Of a DNA stretch of 55,195 nucleotides, positions 18,401 through 26,913 are shown one piece after another. The DNA lies in the IMG/VR virus record IMGVR_UViG_3300017735_000009, positions 1 through 55,195 of that record; one strand, given 5' to 3'. Below the pieces are notes generated by a model. It had not been told where the DNA came from, made no database searches, and worked only from the letters and a program-made list of their open reading frames with translations. Within the stretch, counting starts at the first letter, position 1, and each line of letters begins with the position of its first letter. Position numbers and translations under genes: made by a program. The DNA is from a virus (taxonomy: Duplodnaviria > Caudoviricetes).

Positions 18401-19484
18401 CACTTTGAGAAGCGCCATCTGAGTTAACACGGAAAGTTGCATCGTCAACTGATACAGTTGTTGAATTAACAATAGTTTGTGTACCGTTAACTGTTAAGTT
18501 ACCAGAGATGACTGCGTCACCACTTACTGTAACCTGTGATGATGTAATATCATCCGAGTTAAGTGTACCAGTAACTGTTAAGTCGTTACCAATTGTTACG
18601 TCATTTGGTAGACCAATAGTTAAAGTGTCACCACTTACTAAAACGTCTACTTCGTTTGCTGTTCCGCTTACTGTTAATGTGTCTGAACTATCAATTGATG
18701 AAGTATTACTACCATCACTTAATGTCCAAGCACTGCTTACAGTTGCTGAACTGACCGCTGTTATACGACCTTTTGCGTCTACAGAAATTACTGGAACAGT
18801 ACCTGCTCCTCCGTAGTTACCTGCTGTTACGCCTGAGTTTGCTAATGTCATTGCTATTGAAGCCGTGTCACCCGCATCTTCGAATGTTGCACTACCTGTT
18901 GCATCACCTGTTAAAGCCACGGTTACTGCTGATGATAAACCATCTGCATCTTGTGCCGTACCTGTTAAGTTACCTGTGAAACCAGTATTTGCTACTATTG
19001 TTGTACCTGTGATCGCCGCTGGTGTAGTTCCGCCAATGATAGTGCCGTCTAATGCGCCACCGTCTATGTTTACGTTATTACTTGCCTGCGTTGCTATTGT
19101 TCCTAAGCCAAGGTTTGTTCTTGCACCGGATGCCGTTGAAGAACCAGTACCACCAGATGCTAACGCAAGTTGAGTGTTAGTATTAATGAAGTCAGCATCG
19201 CTGAGATCAATATTACCGGCACTTGCCGTTCCGCTATTAACTAATAGAATACCTGTTGAGCTTGAGAAATCCTGACCTGTACCACCGTACTGTGTGCCTA
19301 TCGCTGTACCTTGCCATGCTCCTGCTGTAACACTTCCAAAACGAACGTCTTCGAGTGTGCTACCATTAGATTGGACAAAATCAAAACGTGAATTACCGGA
19401 ATCATACTTAAGACGACCACCGCTTTTTCCCATTTGTACATCGCTGGCAAGACCTTTTATACCAAAGTTCTTAATGTCAGCCAT
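15453..19484 (-). CDS. large virion structural / fibre protein with internal repeats
   Basis: 1343 aa, G/T/S/D-rich; repeated VTAGxYG...PxFTVDAxGRxT and DEDNxxSxSATxIxxQQSxKAYVD units. Confidence 0.8.
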   Translation of the reverse strand: MADIKNFGIKGLASDVQMGKSGGRLKYDSGNSRFDFVQSNGSTLEDVRFGSVTAGAWQGTAIGTQYGGTGQDFSSSTGILLVNSGTASAGNIDLSDADFINTNTQLALASGGTGSSTASGARTNLGLGTIATQASNNVNIDGGALDGTIIGGTTPAAITGTTIVANTGFTGNLTGTAQDADGLSSAVTVALTGDATGSATFEDAGDTASIAMTLANSGVTAGNYGGAGTVPVISVDAKGRITAVSSATVSSAWTLSDGSNTSSIDSSDTLTVSGTANEVDVLVSGDTLTIGLPNDVTIGNDLTVTGTLNSDDITSSQVTVSGDAVISGNLTVNGTQTIVNSTTVSVDDATFRVNSDGASQSAGLEANIGGTIESILFVPGQSRWEISDDVFTSGTVTANDFVVNGNSISDFLDEDNFGSNSATAIASQQSIKAYVDTTVGAVDLDFAGDSGGDLSIDLDSEKLTIAGGTGLSSVGSGNGVTVNLDDTAVTAGSYGSSTAIPTFTVDAQGRLTAAGTASISIGMSLAGDSGSSALANGDTITIAGGTNLTSVVSADTATVSLDANISLENVTATGTVEGDTLTDGTASITAGAVTGVTTLTASGAVTGGSFTDGTATLSSGSLTGGVAATFSGAVTGGSFTDGTATMTGGAITGLTGAVTTAGAVTGASLTDGTATLASGSLTGAVNVTASGTVGFGSLNDGAITITGFADEDNMASDSATLIPTQQSVKAYVDGQLTAQDLDFAGDSGSGSIDLDSESLTIAGGNVLSSTASGNTVTINLNDSGVTAASYGSTTAIPTFTVDAYGRLTAASTVAISTSTTIQGDSGGAQTVDNGDAITIAGGTGISTVSGATDTVTVSLDDTAVSAGTYGDSTTVPTFTVDAQGRITSASETALSTAWTVSDGSSTSSIDSGDTLTINGTANEIDVAVSGDSVTLSIPDDVTLVNPTVSGTLTSDDITSSSVSVTGDAIITGNLTVQGTQTTVNSTTVEAADPIFRVNTAGTNTDAGFEANTASGVKSILYTAAGTEWDFGSENVKASTFEGDLTGDVTGTVSSIANHSTTNLSEGTNEYHTPARARAAISVTDAGGDGGLAYNSTTGVITFTGVTAAETRAHLSAGTGVTYTAGGQFSIGQSVGTGDDVTFNSVTGNVTGNLTGDSAGTHTGNVSGTTGTFSGAVSFGSLSDGTDTVTGFVTEADAISSNDNDATIPTSAAVRDYVDNFGGDGLMLRSALTSGVTTIDTAAMPNVSSRTYYASKIVIKIGTAFSGGSFNQILVKENGGSGTTLVAADDADAATAGTYIVELDGDISLTKNAAVQVQFKQADGSTDATTTAGVGTITVHYNYV

Positions 19485-19589
19485 TTTATATCTCCTAAAG
19501 ATTTTTTTATGTTATCGATAACACTTGCTAATCCCAATGCCTTGGGTCTCTAAGGAAACCTATCCAAGAGTCTAACATGTGCTAAACTA

Positions 19590-19598
19590 TATTTATCA
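19590..19598 (-). promoter_or_regulatory. late promoter-like TGATAAATA
   Basis: About 105 nt upstream of the structural gene start. Confidence 0.6.
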
Positions 19599-19623
19599 CT
19601 TTTGGATCAAACGTGTAGGTTAT

Positions 19624-19644
19624 GAGCAGAAGGGAATTCTGCTC
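19624..19644. terminator. hairpin after the 676-aa gene
   Basis: GAGCAGAA-GGGAA-TTCTGCTC perfect 8-bp stem; no clear U tract. Confidence 0.4.
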
Positions 19645-19654
19645 TTAAGGGTAT

Positions 19655-21685
19655 TTAAATGTAGGATATCTTAACTGTTACAGCACCAGCAGTGGAACCG
19701 TAATGCCAACATCTTGCTTTAATTGTTAAGTCATTTGATGAGCTTTCAGGATGTGTATATTCTGGGAAACACATAAATCTACCGTTTGTCTCAGTCAAGT
19801 CGTTACTTGGACTATCGCACACAAGATCCGGATCACTTGTTGTTCCTACTTCAATATTTGGTGTTATTGCACCTGAGTATCCTGTAAAGGCTGTGTCTAC
19901 ATCGACACTCACTGTGGTTATCTTAGCACCTGCAGATATGTTTCCTAATGTATTAGTTGTGCTTACACCGAAGCCTCCAACTGGCATAGTAAATGTAGTT
20001 GTATAAGTTCTTGCATCTGTTGTACTGCTGTCCATATCAGATATCTTAACCCAACTACTTCCATCATACAAGTATAATGCCCACTCGCCATCAGCCGCCG
20101 CAAGTACATGAGCCTGGTCGCCTACCTGTGCCGCTAATGCATTTCTTGCCGCAATGTTTGCCACAACTTTAACTGTACCGCCTCTGATACCTTGTTCAAC
20201 ATTTAATGCCAATGGATACATTCCTGTGTGTCCACTTGACATGCCCACATTATTTCTAAAGTGTTCAGTGCCTTCGTATATTAATATCTCACCGCCGTCA
20301 CTTCTTGTTAGTGTGACTTGCTCAGTGCCTGTTGCATTTGTTGTTGCAGGTAAGCCTGAAGTATGATTAAGTCCTACAAATGGATTACCGTTTGCATCAG
20401 CACTCACACTGTAAATGTTAACAGTGTTACCGTTTTCTTCTGTTAGTGTTAATGTTCCTGCATTAAATGTAGCAGTCAAATTAGGTATGTTTGCGGCATT
20501 GATATCTGTAGCCATATCTTGTGGGATACCTACTGCAATACCGTACTGTGCCTGTCCTGCTGTATCAGTTGTAAACGATACTAATGTGTTACCGTTACCG
20601 CTGTCTATGTTTGCACTAAAAGGCACATAACCACCTACAAGTCCGTATGCTGTTGCACTTGCATCACTGTTTATAACAGTTTTAGTAGGTGTTACACTTG
20701 CTGTTACTTTATGTGTACTTGTATCAGCGTTTATTTGACTTACTATTTGACTTGTGGTTACTGGGTTTCCGCCTGTGCCAGCAAAGGTAATAGCATGACT
20801 GTTTAATTTCATTACGTGAGTGTCAGGCACTGTAGGATCGTTGCCTATGCCTTTTAACACTGTAGGAATAGCAGGTTGTAATACAAGGAACTTAGCCGCA
20901 TCACTTTCTGTTGTGCTTAATCCACCTACGTCTGTTACATAAACAAACTGACCTTGCGTTCCTGGTATGGTTGGTTCAAAGTCGATGATTCTATTGTTAG
21001 GCATAATCATAAATTGATCAGGACCTGGTCCTGGCTCTGTTACTATTCCTATGCTTTTACTAACTGTTGCTGAATTAGATTTATGAAAACCTGTAGTACT
21101 CACAGATATTACATCACCTTTGTTAAATCCATGTGCTGTTTGTTCTAACACATAATTAGTTTGAGGATTCATATATTGGAATCTACTCATCACTGTTGGA
21201 TAGAACGAACTTGAAACTGTGGTAGGTAATGGATCTAACATAGGTATACCGTTCTCGTTCAATGAGAACACTGCGGCTGAACCTAATCCAAATATGCCGT
21301 TACCTGTTGCACTTGCAAACGTGTTATAACGTAACCAATCTTCAACCACTGCTGTAACACTGGTTATTGTTTTGCTTTCTATACTAATTACTTTAAGACA
21401 AACACCTGTTGTGGCACTTGCAATCCAATCGCCTACAACTATATCTAAACCGTTATATGTTTTGTCATCTCTGGTTAAGTGAGAACCATGTGTTTGTGCT
21501 GTAACATCAAACACAATAGTCCATCGATAATTCTTTGGTGTACTGGCTGATGCATACCATGGATCATCTGAACCATTAGCATGTGGCCAATAACTTTTAC
21601 CAGACACAGATGTTACTGATACTGGTAAGACTTTATTTGGGTAGTTTAGCCTTATTTGGCTACTCTTATAGTTGATCAATGCCAC
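19655..21685 (-). CDS. virion structural protein
   Basis: 676 aa, T/S/G-rich beta composition, located between fibre genes. Confidence 0.7.
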   Translation of the reverse strand: MALINYKSSQIRLNYPNKVLPVSVTSVSGKSYWPHANGSDDPWYASASTPKNYRWTIVFDVTAQTHGSHLTRDDKTYNGLDIVVGDWIASATTGVCLKVISIESKTITSVTAVVEDWLRYNTFASATGNGIFGLGSAAVFSLNENGIPMLDPLPTTVSSSFYPTVMSRFQYMNPQTNYVLEQTAHGFNKGDVISVSTTGFHKSNSATVSKSIGIVTEPGPGPDQFMIMPNNRIIDFEPTIPGTQGQFVYVTDVGGLSTTESDAAKFLVLQPAIPTVLKGIGNDPTVPDTHVMKLNSHAITFAGTGGNPVTTSQIVSQINADTSTHKVTASVTPTKTVINSDASATAYGLVGGYVPFSANIDSGNGNTLVSFTTDTAGQAQYGIAVGIPQDMATDINAANIPNLTATFNAGTLTLTEENGNTVNIYSVSADANGNPFVGLNHTSGLPATTNATGTEQVTLTRSDGGEILIYEGTEHFRNNVGMSSGHTGMYPLALNVEQGIRGGTVKVVANIAARNALAAQVGDQAHVLAAADGEWALYLYDGSSWVKISDMDSSTTDARTYTTTFTMPVGGFGVSTTNTLGNISAGAKITTVSVDVDTAFTGYSGAITPNIEVGTTSDPDLVCDSPSNDLTETNGRFMCFPEYTHPESSSNDLTIKARCWHYGSTAGAVTVKISYI

Positions 21686-21697
21686 GCAATATCCCCG

Positions 21698-24600
21698 TTA
21701 ATCATGCATTACAAATTGTATCCAGGCGTGTGTCGCTGTACCGAAACTTCTACTTGCTCCTGTTTCTGCCTCTCTGAGTCTCAACTTAACTGCAGGAGTA
21801 CTTGCTCCGTTAAACAAAGTTGGAGAACCAGCACTGCCACCACCTGCGATTTCTCTTAATCCCATTGAGGTTTCTAATGGAACAATTTGGTATTTGTTAC
21901 TGGCATAAACATAACCGTACATCATAACAGATGCTGGAGGTATGTTATAACCAGAGAATGTTACTGTTACATCACCGCCGGTTGCACTGTCTATGCTAAC
22001 ACTTGCTATACCGCTTGTTAGATCTGAAGTAGCACTTAAGGCTCCGCTTGTACTGTATGTCAATTTAAATCTTTCTACATTGGCACCGCCGCCACCGCCA
22101 CCGCCACCTCCGCCTCCGGAGACTGCAACGTTTGTTACGTTGGTTACACGACCTTGTGCATCTACAGTAATTTGTGGTACTGTTGAACTTGAACCGTATG
22201 TTCCTGATGATACGCCAGTGTCTGCTAAGTTTACTGTTACTGAGCCACTTGCTCCACCACCACTTAATCCTGTGCCAGCAGTAACACCTGTGATGTCTCC
22301 ACCACCTCCGCCTAATGCACTTAGGTCTACTGAGTTACCACCTGTTATACTTAATGTTGTTCCTGCTAATGATAATGTTTGACTGTCTTGATCAGTTGTA
22401 ACATAAGAACTTAAATCTGGTGGTGTAAATGTGAATTGACCGTTAGTGTTATCGTATGCTAATGAACCTGAACCACTTGCACTACCTGTGGATACACTTA
22501 TATTTGATAACTGTATTCCGTCTGTACCATCGGCTCCGTCTGCTCCGTCACTACCGTTTGTTCCGTTAGTTCCGTTTGTTCCTGCAGGTCCTTGAGCTCC
22601 CGTGGCACCTGTTGCTCCTTGTGGTCCTTGAGCTCCTGTTGAACCCTGTGGTCCAACTACTGCTCCAACGTTTATTGTTGAGCTGTCTGACATTGTGAGT
22701 ACTAAGTCATTACCTGATATAGTACCACTGTTTACACTTACGCCATTTGTACCATTTGTTCCTGCGGCTCCAGTTGCACCCTGTATACCTTGAGGTCCTT
22801 GTACAAGTCCTACATCTTGTGAAGAACTGTTTGAATAATTTAGTACAAGATTACCACCTACAAGATTTACTGCTGTAACACCTACGCCATCATTACCGTC
22901 GGCTCCATCGTTACCTGCACTACCAGTAGCACCTTGTGGTCCAGTTGCACCTTGAGGTCCTGCTACTGTGCTGTCTGCTCCTGCTGGTCCTTGAATACCT
23001 TGAGAACCTGTTGCACCAGTATCACCAGTATCACCTTTGGCACCCTGTATACCTTGAGGACCCTGCACACCTTGTATGCCTTGATCACCAGTAATACTGC
23101 CTAAGTTTTGTACTGAGCTGTTACCGTATGTTAATACTAAATCACCTGATGTGATTGTAACATTTGTTATGCCATTACCTGCGGTACCTGTTGGGCCTGT
23201 TGCACCCTGTGGTCCTACTGCTCCTACACCAGACAAGTCTATTGTAGTGCCATCGTATGTTAAGTCACTGCCACTTATTCCTATTGTAGGTCTATTAGTT
23301 ATGTCAGTGTAATCACCACTTGTAGCAACTGTGCTCAATGAACTTGAACTTGCTTTAGTGGCTATTGAATTTGTTATTGTTGTAGCAAAATTAGGATCGT
23401 CACCAAGTGCGGCCGCTAATTCGTTTAATGTATCTAATGTTCCAGGCGCACTATCAGTTATCTCTGATATGATATTTGCTTTTGTGTCAAAGCCTTGTGC
23501 TGTTAAGTATGATGATACGTTTGCATCACCGTAGTCACTTGTTACACTGCCTAATGCTGATGTTAAATCAATTGTACTTGCATCACCTGATATACTAATT
23601 ACGTTGCCACTTAGGCTCAATGCTTGTGAATCAACGTTGTCTAACAATACACTTAGATCAACACTGTTACCACCTGTTATACTTAATGAGCTTGTACCAG
23701 CATTCCAACTTAATGTTTGACTGTCGTTATCTGTTGAGCTATAACCTTGTGCATTTAAGTATGCTTGTACTTGTGAATCACCATAACTGCTACCAGTTGT
23801 GTAACCGTTAGCATCTAAATATGTTTGCACATTGCTGTCAGTGTATCTAACACCTGTAGCATAACCCTGTGCATCTAAATATGTTTGTACTTGGCTATCA
23901 CCGTAACTACTTGCTACTGATCCAGGACGGAATTCTCCAGCACTTGCATTCCAAACAAGAGCTTGTCCGTTTGTTATACTGCCCAGTGTGCCTACATCAT
24001 TTAAATCTGCTACACTGCTACTTTCAATGTTTGCTGATGCGGCCCCTGTTGCGTTAATTGTGATAGTATCAGTGCCAGCATTTGTTGTAATGCTTATGCC
24101 TGTACCACCTTCGAATGTTATTGCATCATTAGGACTATCTGCTGATATAACAGCCTGACCGTCTACATAAAATGATTGCCATATGTTTTGTTCTAATGCT
24201 GATAAGTCTACAGTGTTACCACCGTTACTTAATGCTAATTGATTGTTGTCTGCATTCCAACTTAAACTTTGAGTGTATGCCGCATTACTGATTGTGTTTA
24301 CATTTGTTACACGGCCTTGCATGTCAACTGTAATCTGAGGTACACCTGTTGCAGTACCATATGTACCAGGTACAACACCTGATGAAACTGGACTTACATT
24401 TGCTATGTTTGTTACTCTACCTTGTGCATCTACAGTAATTTGTGGTATTACACTTGCATTACCGTATGTTTTAGCAGTAATGCCTGTGTCTGCTAAACTG
24501 ATTGCACCTGATGTGCTGTTATAACTTATACCTGTGCCGCTACTTAAACTTGTTAATGAAATGCTATTGTCTGTTTGATATACAACTTCTTTGGTTGTAG

Positions 24601-25663
24601 GATCATACATTACTACTTTGTTCTTAGTAGCATCTTCTCTGATAGGATTTACATATAAACCTGCACCGCCACCTAACGTATCATCGATGTTGTGTCCAAT
24701 TACAACTGAACTATTATAGCCTGCTGTGTTGGAGTTTCTACCAATTGCAATACCTGAGTTTGTTGCGGCATTGTTACCAATTGCTATTGCACCACTGTTT
24801 GTTGGAACTGCGGCGCCTTGTCCTACTTCAACATCAGATGATACTGTGTTAGTTGAAGAGAATGTTATTGTATCTGAACTTGGATCAGTTGTTATACTGA
24901 TGCCACTGCCTGCTTCAAATGTCAGTATATCATCACTGCTTTCTGCGGCTACTGTTGTGGAACCAGATACTTCAATACTGCCAAACGATGCACTTGCACC
25001 ACCACCGCCACCACTACCTGATGTTTCGATTAAATCTACTGATTGTAGTCTACCGTATGTATCAACTGTTAAACGTGGAGTATGTGTAGCATTACCGTAC
25101 ACACCTGCTGTAACGCCCGTAGCAACGAGATTAAGTGTTGCATTACTATTATTACCAGTTCCGCCTAATACACTAATTTGTCCTGTAGTACCTAAAACAT
25201 TACCAACAAAGTCGTTAGTAATTGTTTCTGCCTGAGTTGCTATTATTGTTGTTTCAGTTACGCCTGTTACTTGGCCTTTTGAATTAACTGTTAATACTGG
25301 AACGTGACTTGCGTTACCATATGTTCCTGCCGCATCAACAATGTCTGCAATATAAACACCACTTGCATTTGATACCAGTCCACCTGCCGCAATAACTTCA
25401 ATAGTACTTGCAGTTTTATTTAAACCGTTTCCTGCACTATATGGGTCATTATCAACTGGACGCCATTTTCCTGCGCCAGCACTGTAAGTAAGAACTTGTC
25501 CTGTCTGCGGAGCATACGCACCATCGGCTTCAACGTTGCTGATTGCATTTAGATCTGCATCTGCAAACGTTAAACTGTTTGCCGCAGATACTCTTACAAA
25601 TTTGAGAGCAGAACCGCTAAAACTTGACGGGGTATCGTTTAATTCAATAAATGTGTTTGCCAT
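21698..25663 (-). CDS. tail fibre-like protein with collagen triple-helix repeats
   Basis: Gly-X-Y runs (GPQGATG...), the APGTLDTLNELAAALGDDPNFATTI fibre motif and PQITVDAQGRVT repeats. Confidence 0.85.
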   Translation of the reverse strand: MANTFIELNDTPSSFSGSALKFVRVSAANSLTFADADLNAISNVEADGAYAPQTGQVLTYSAGAGKWRPVDNDPYSAGNGLNKTASTIEVIAAGGLVSNASGVYIADIVDAAGTYGNASHVPVLTVNSKGQVTGVTETTIIATQAETITNDFVGNVLGTTGQISVLGGTGNNSNATLNLVATGVTAGVYGNATHTPRLTVDTYGRLQSVDLIETSGSGGGGGASASFGSIEVSGSTTVAAESSDDILTFEAGSGISITTDPSSDTITFSSTNTVSSDVEVGQGAAVPTNSGAIAIGNNAATNSGIAIGRNSNTAGYNSSVVIGHNIDDTLGGGAGLYVNPIREDATKNKVVMYDPTTKEVVYQTDNSISLTSLSSGTGISYNSTSGAISLADTGITAKTYGNASVIPQITVDAQGRVTNIANVSPVSSGVVPGTYGTATGVPQITVDMQGRVTNVNTISNAAYTQSLSWNADNNQLALSNGGNTVDLSALEQNIWQSFYVDGQAVISADSPNDAITFEGGTGISITTNAGTDTITINATGAASANIESSSVADLNDVGTLGSITNGQALVWNASAGEFRPGSVASSYGDSQVQTYLDAQGYATGVRYTDSNVQTYLDANGYTTGSSYGDSQVQAYLNAQGYSSTDNDSQTLSWNAGTSSLSITGGNSVDLSVLLDNVDSQALSLSGNVISISGDASTIDLTSALGSVTSDYGDANVSSYLTAQGFDTKANIISEITDSAPGTLDTLNELAAALGDDPNFATTITNSIATKASSSSLSTVATSGDYTDITNRPTIGISGSDLTYDGTTIDLSGVGAVGPQGATGPTGTAGNGITNVTITSGDLVLTYGNSSVQNLGSITGDQGIQGVQGPQGIQGAKGDTGDTGATGSQGIQGPAGADSTVAGPQGATGPQGATGSAGNDGADGNDGVGVTAVNLVGGNLVLNYSNSSSQDVGLVQGPQGIQGATGAAGTNGTNGVSVNSGTISGNDLVLTMSDSSTINVGAVVGPQGSTGAQGPQGATGATGAQGPAGTNGTNGTNGSDGADGADGTDGIQLSNISVSTGSASGSGSLAYDNTNGQFTFTPPDLSSYVTTDQDSQTLSLAGTTLSITGGNSVDLSALGGGGGDITGVTAGTGLSGGGASGSVTVNLADTGVSSGTYGSSSTVPQITVDAQGRVTNVTNVAVSGGGGGGGGGGGANVERFKLTYSTSGALSATSDLTSGIASVSIDSATGGDVTVTFSGYNIPPASVMMYGYVYASNKYQIVPLETSMGLREIAGGGSAGSPTLFNGASTPAVKLRLREAETGASRSFGTATHAWIQFVMHD
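22515..23228 (-). repeat. interrupted collagen-like Gly-X-Y coding repeats
   Basis: Four Gly-X-Y blocks separated by ~30-aa spacers (GDLVLTY, GNLVLNY, NDLVLTM); boundaries approximate. Confidence 0.8.
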
Positions 25664-25705
25664 AAGTAATCCATCGATAAAGCATGTTAGTTGCCTTATT
25701 ACAAC

Positions 25706-25714
25706 TATTTATCA
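25706..25714 (-). promoter_or_regulatory. late promoter-like TGATAAATA
   Basis: Upstream of the collagen fibre gene. Confidence 0.6.
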
Positions 25715-25725
25715 CTTTAACTGGA

Positions 25726-26139
25726 TTAACTGGAAAGGATGATTCTGTTAACTTGACCGTATGAGGAATCGTAAGTTACACCGTCACCTACGTGGTCTCG
25801 GTCTACTTTTGTGCGAATATAAGTGTAGTTACCTTGGAATGTGTATGCTTCACTGGCATTGCGTGGATCGTTTGCGTTAAACTGTATGTAACCGTCTCTG
25901 TTGAACTCTTTGCCTGTAGTTGATGCAGGATATATGTCAAACCAATCTGTGTCAGTAGGCTCTAATGATAGTGTGCCTTGTATACGAAAACGACCTACAT
26001 ATTGACTGTAGATAACTTGAATGGTGTGCAATCCGTCAGTGTAGCCGTAGTAACTATCGCCTTTAACTGCTTCGCTAATTGCTGTCATAGTTGTGCCTGT
26101 GGCTTCTTGTAATACTACACTTCTTCTGTTTATAGGCAT
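25726..26139 (-). CDS. putative virion structural protein
   Basis: Start reassigned to MPINRR (GGAG RBS); KGDSYYGYTDGLHT...IQGTL...P...DWF; late motif at 26162-26170. Confidence 0.7.
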   Translation of the reverse strand: MPINRRSVVLQEATGTTMTAISEAVKGDSYYGYTDGLHTIQVIYSQYVGRFRIQGTLSLEPTDTDWFDIYPASTTGKEFNRDGYIQFNANDPRNASEAYTFQGNYTYIRTKVDRDHVGDGVTYDSSYGQVNRIILSS

Positions 26140-26160
26140 ATGGTCTCCAACTCTATGCAA

Positions 26161-26913
26161 CTATTTATCAATTAAATACAGTTTATGATAAGTTATCTCC
26201 ACCTTAGGAAATTGTAACATTAAGAATGGCATCAAGTCATTTACAGATTCTTCATTGTCTATGAATATCTTTGCTTGCCAACGGGCACTGCTAAATCTAT
26301 AATCACCTTCTACATTGTCTTTTAAATAATCACGTATATCTGAATGTACACCTCGCAAACCTGTGATATTATTGCGTGTGTATTTCCATCTAACCCAAAA
26401 TGTATATGCATAGTCATACTTGCCCCACCATGGCTTATTCTTTACACACACGTCAGCAGTGCTTTCCCACAGATGATTTCTGTGTTGGTCGGTTACTGGA
26501 CCTGCAATTTCTAATATAGCATTAGGATAATTTTTATGTATCCATTCTAATGTGATGTTGTCTTTATAATACATCGAAATAGCATGTTTGCCATTGAATG
26601 TTGTATTTAATGTTCTGTTGTGATATTTGCTAACATCTACTACTGCCTCTTCGGGCCTGTCTGCTATTACACCCAACTGCACAAAGTCATGTACCATTTG
26701 AGGTAATCTCCAATACCACATCAACGTAAAAGATCTTCCGGAATTTTCGTCTGGTAACTCAGGCTTGGTTATGAAAGGCAGTTCGCCTACATCAAGTTTA
26801 ACTCTGTAAGGGTAATTACCGTAATAAACACGTTCACTTGGTATAACCCTATAGTCATTAACAAATGGCTTAGATATAATATCAGTATCATTCTTTGAAA
26901 TAGAAATCTTCAT
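26161..26913 (-). CDS. hypothetical protein
   Basis: 250-aa ORF. Confidence 0.7.
   Translation of the reverse strand: MKISISKNDTDIISKPFVNDYRVIPSERVYYGNYPYRVKLDVGELPFITKPELPDENSGRSFTLMWYWRLPQMVHDFVQLGVIADRPEEAVVDVSKYHNRTLNTTFNGKHAISMYYKDNITLEWIHKNYPNAILEIAGPVTDQHRNHLWESTADVCVKNKPWWGKYDYAYTFWVRWKYTRNNITGLRGVHSDIRDYLKDNVEGDYRFSSARWQAKIFIDNEESVNDLMPFLMLQFPKVEITYHKLYLIDK

Noticed and set aside
17344-18408. 354-aa + strand ORF and other + ORFs across 15883-25742
   Set aside because: These are antisense shadows of the G/T/S-rich structural genes, with low-complexity V/P/A/T translations and no RBS or promoter.
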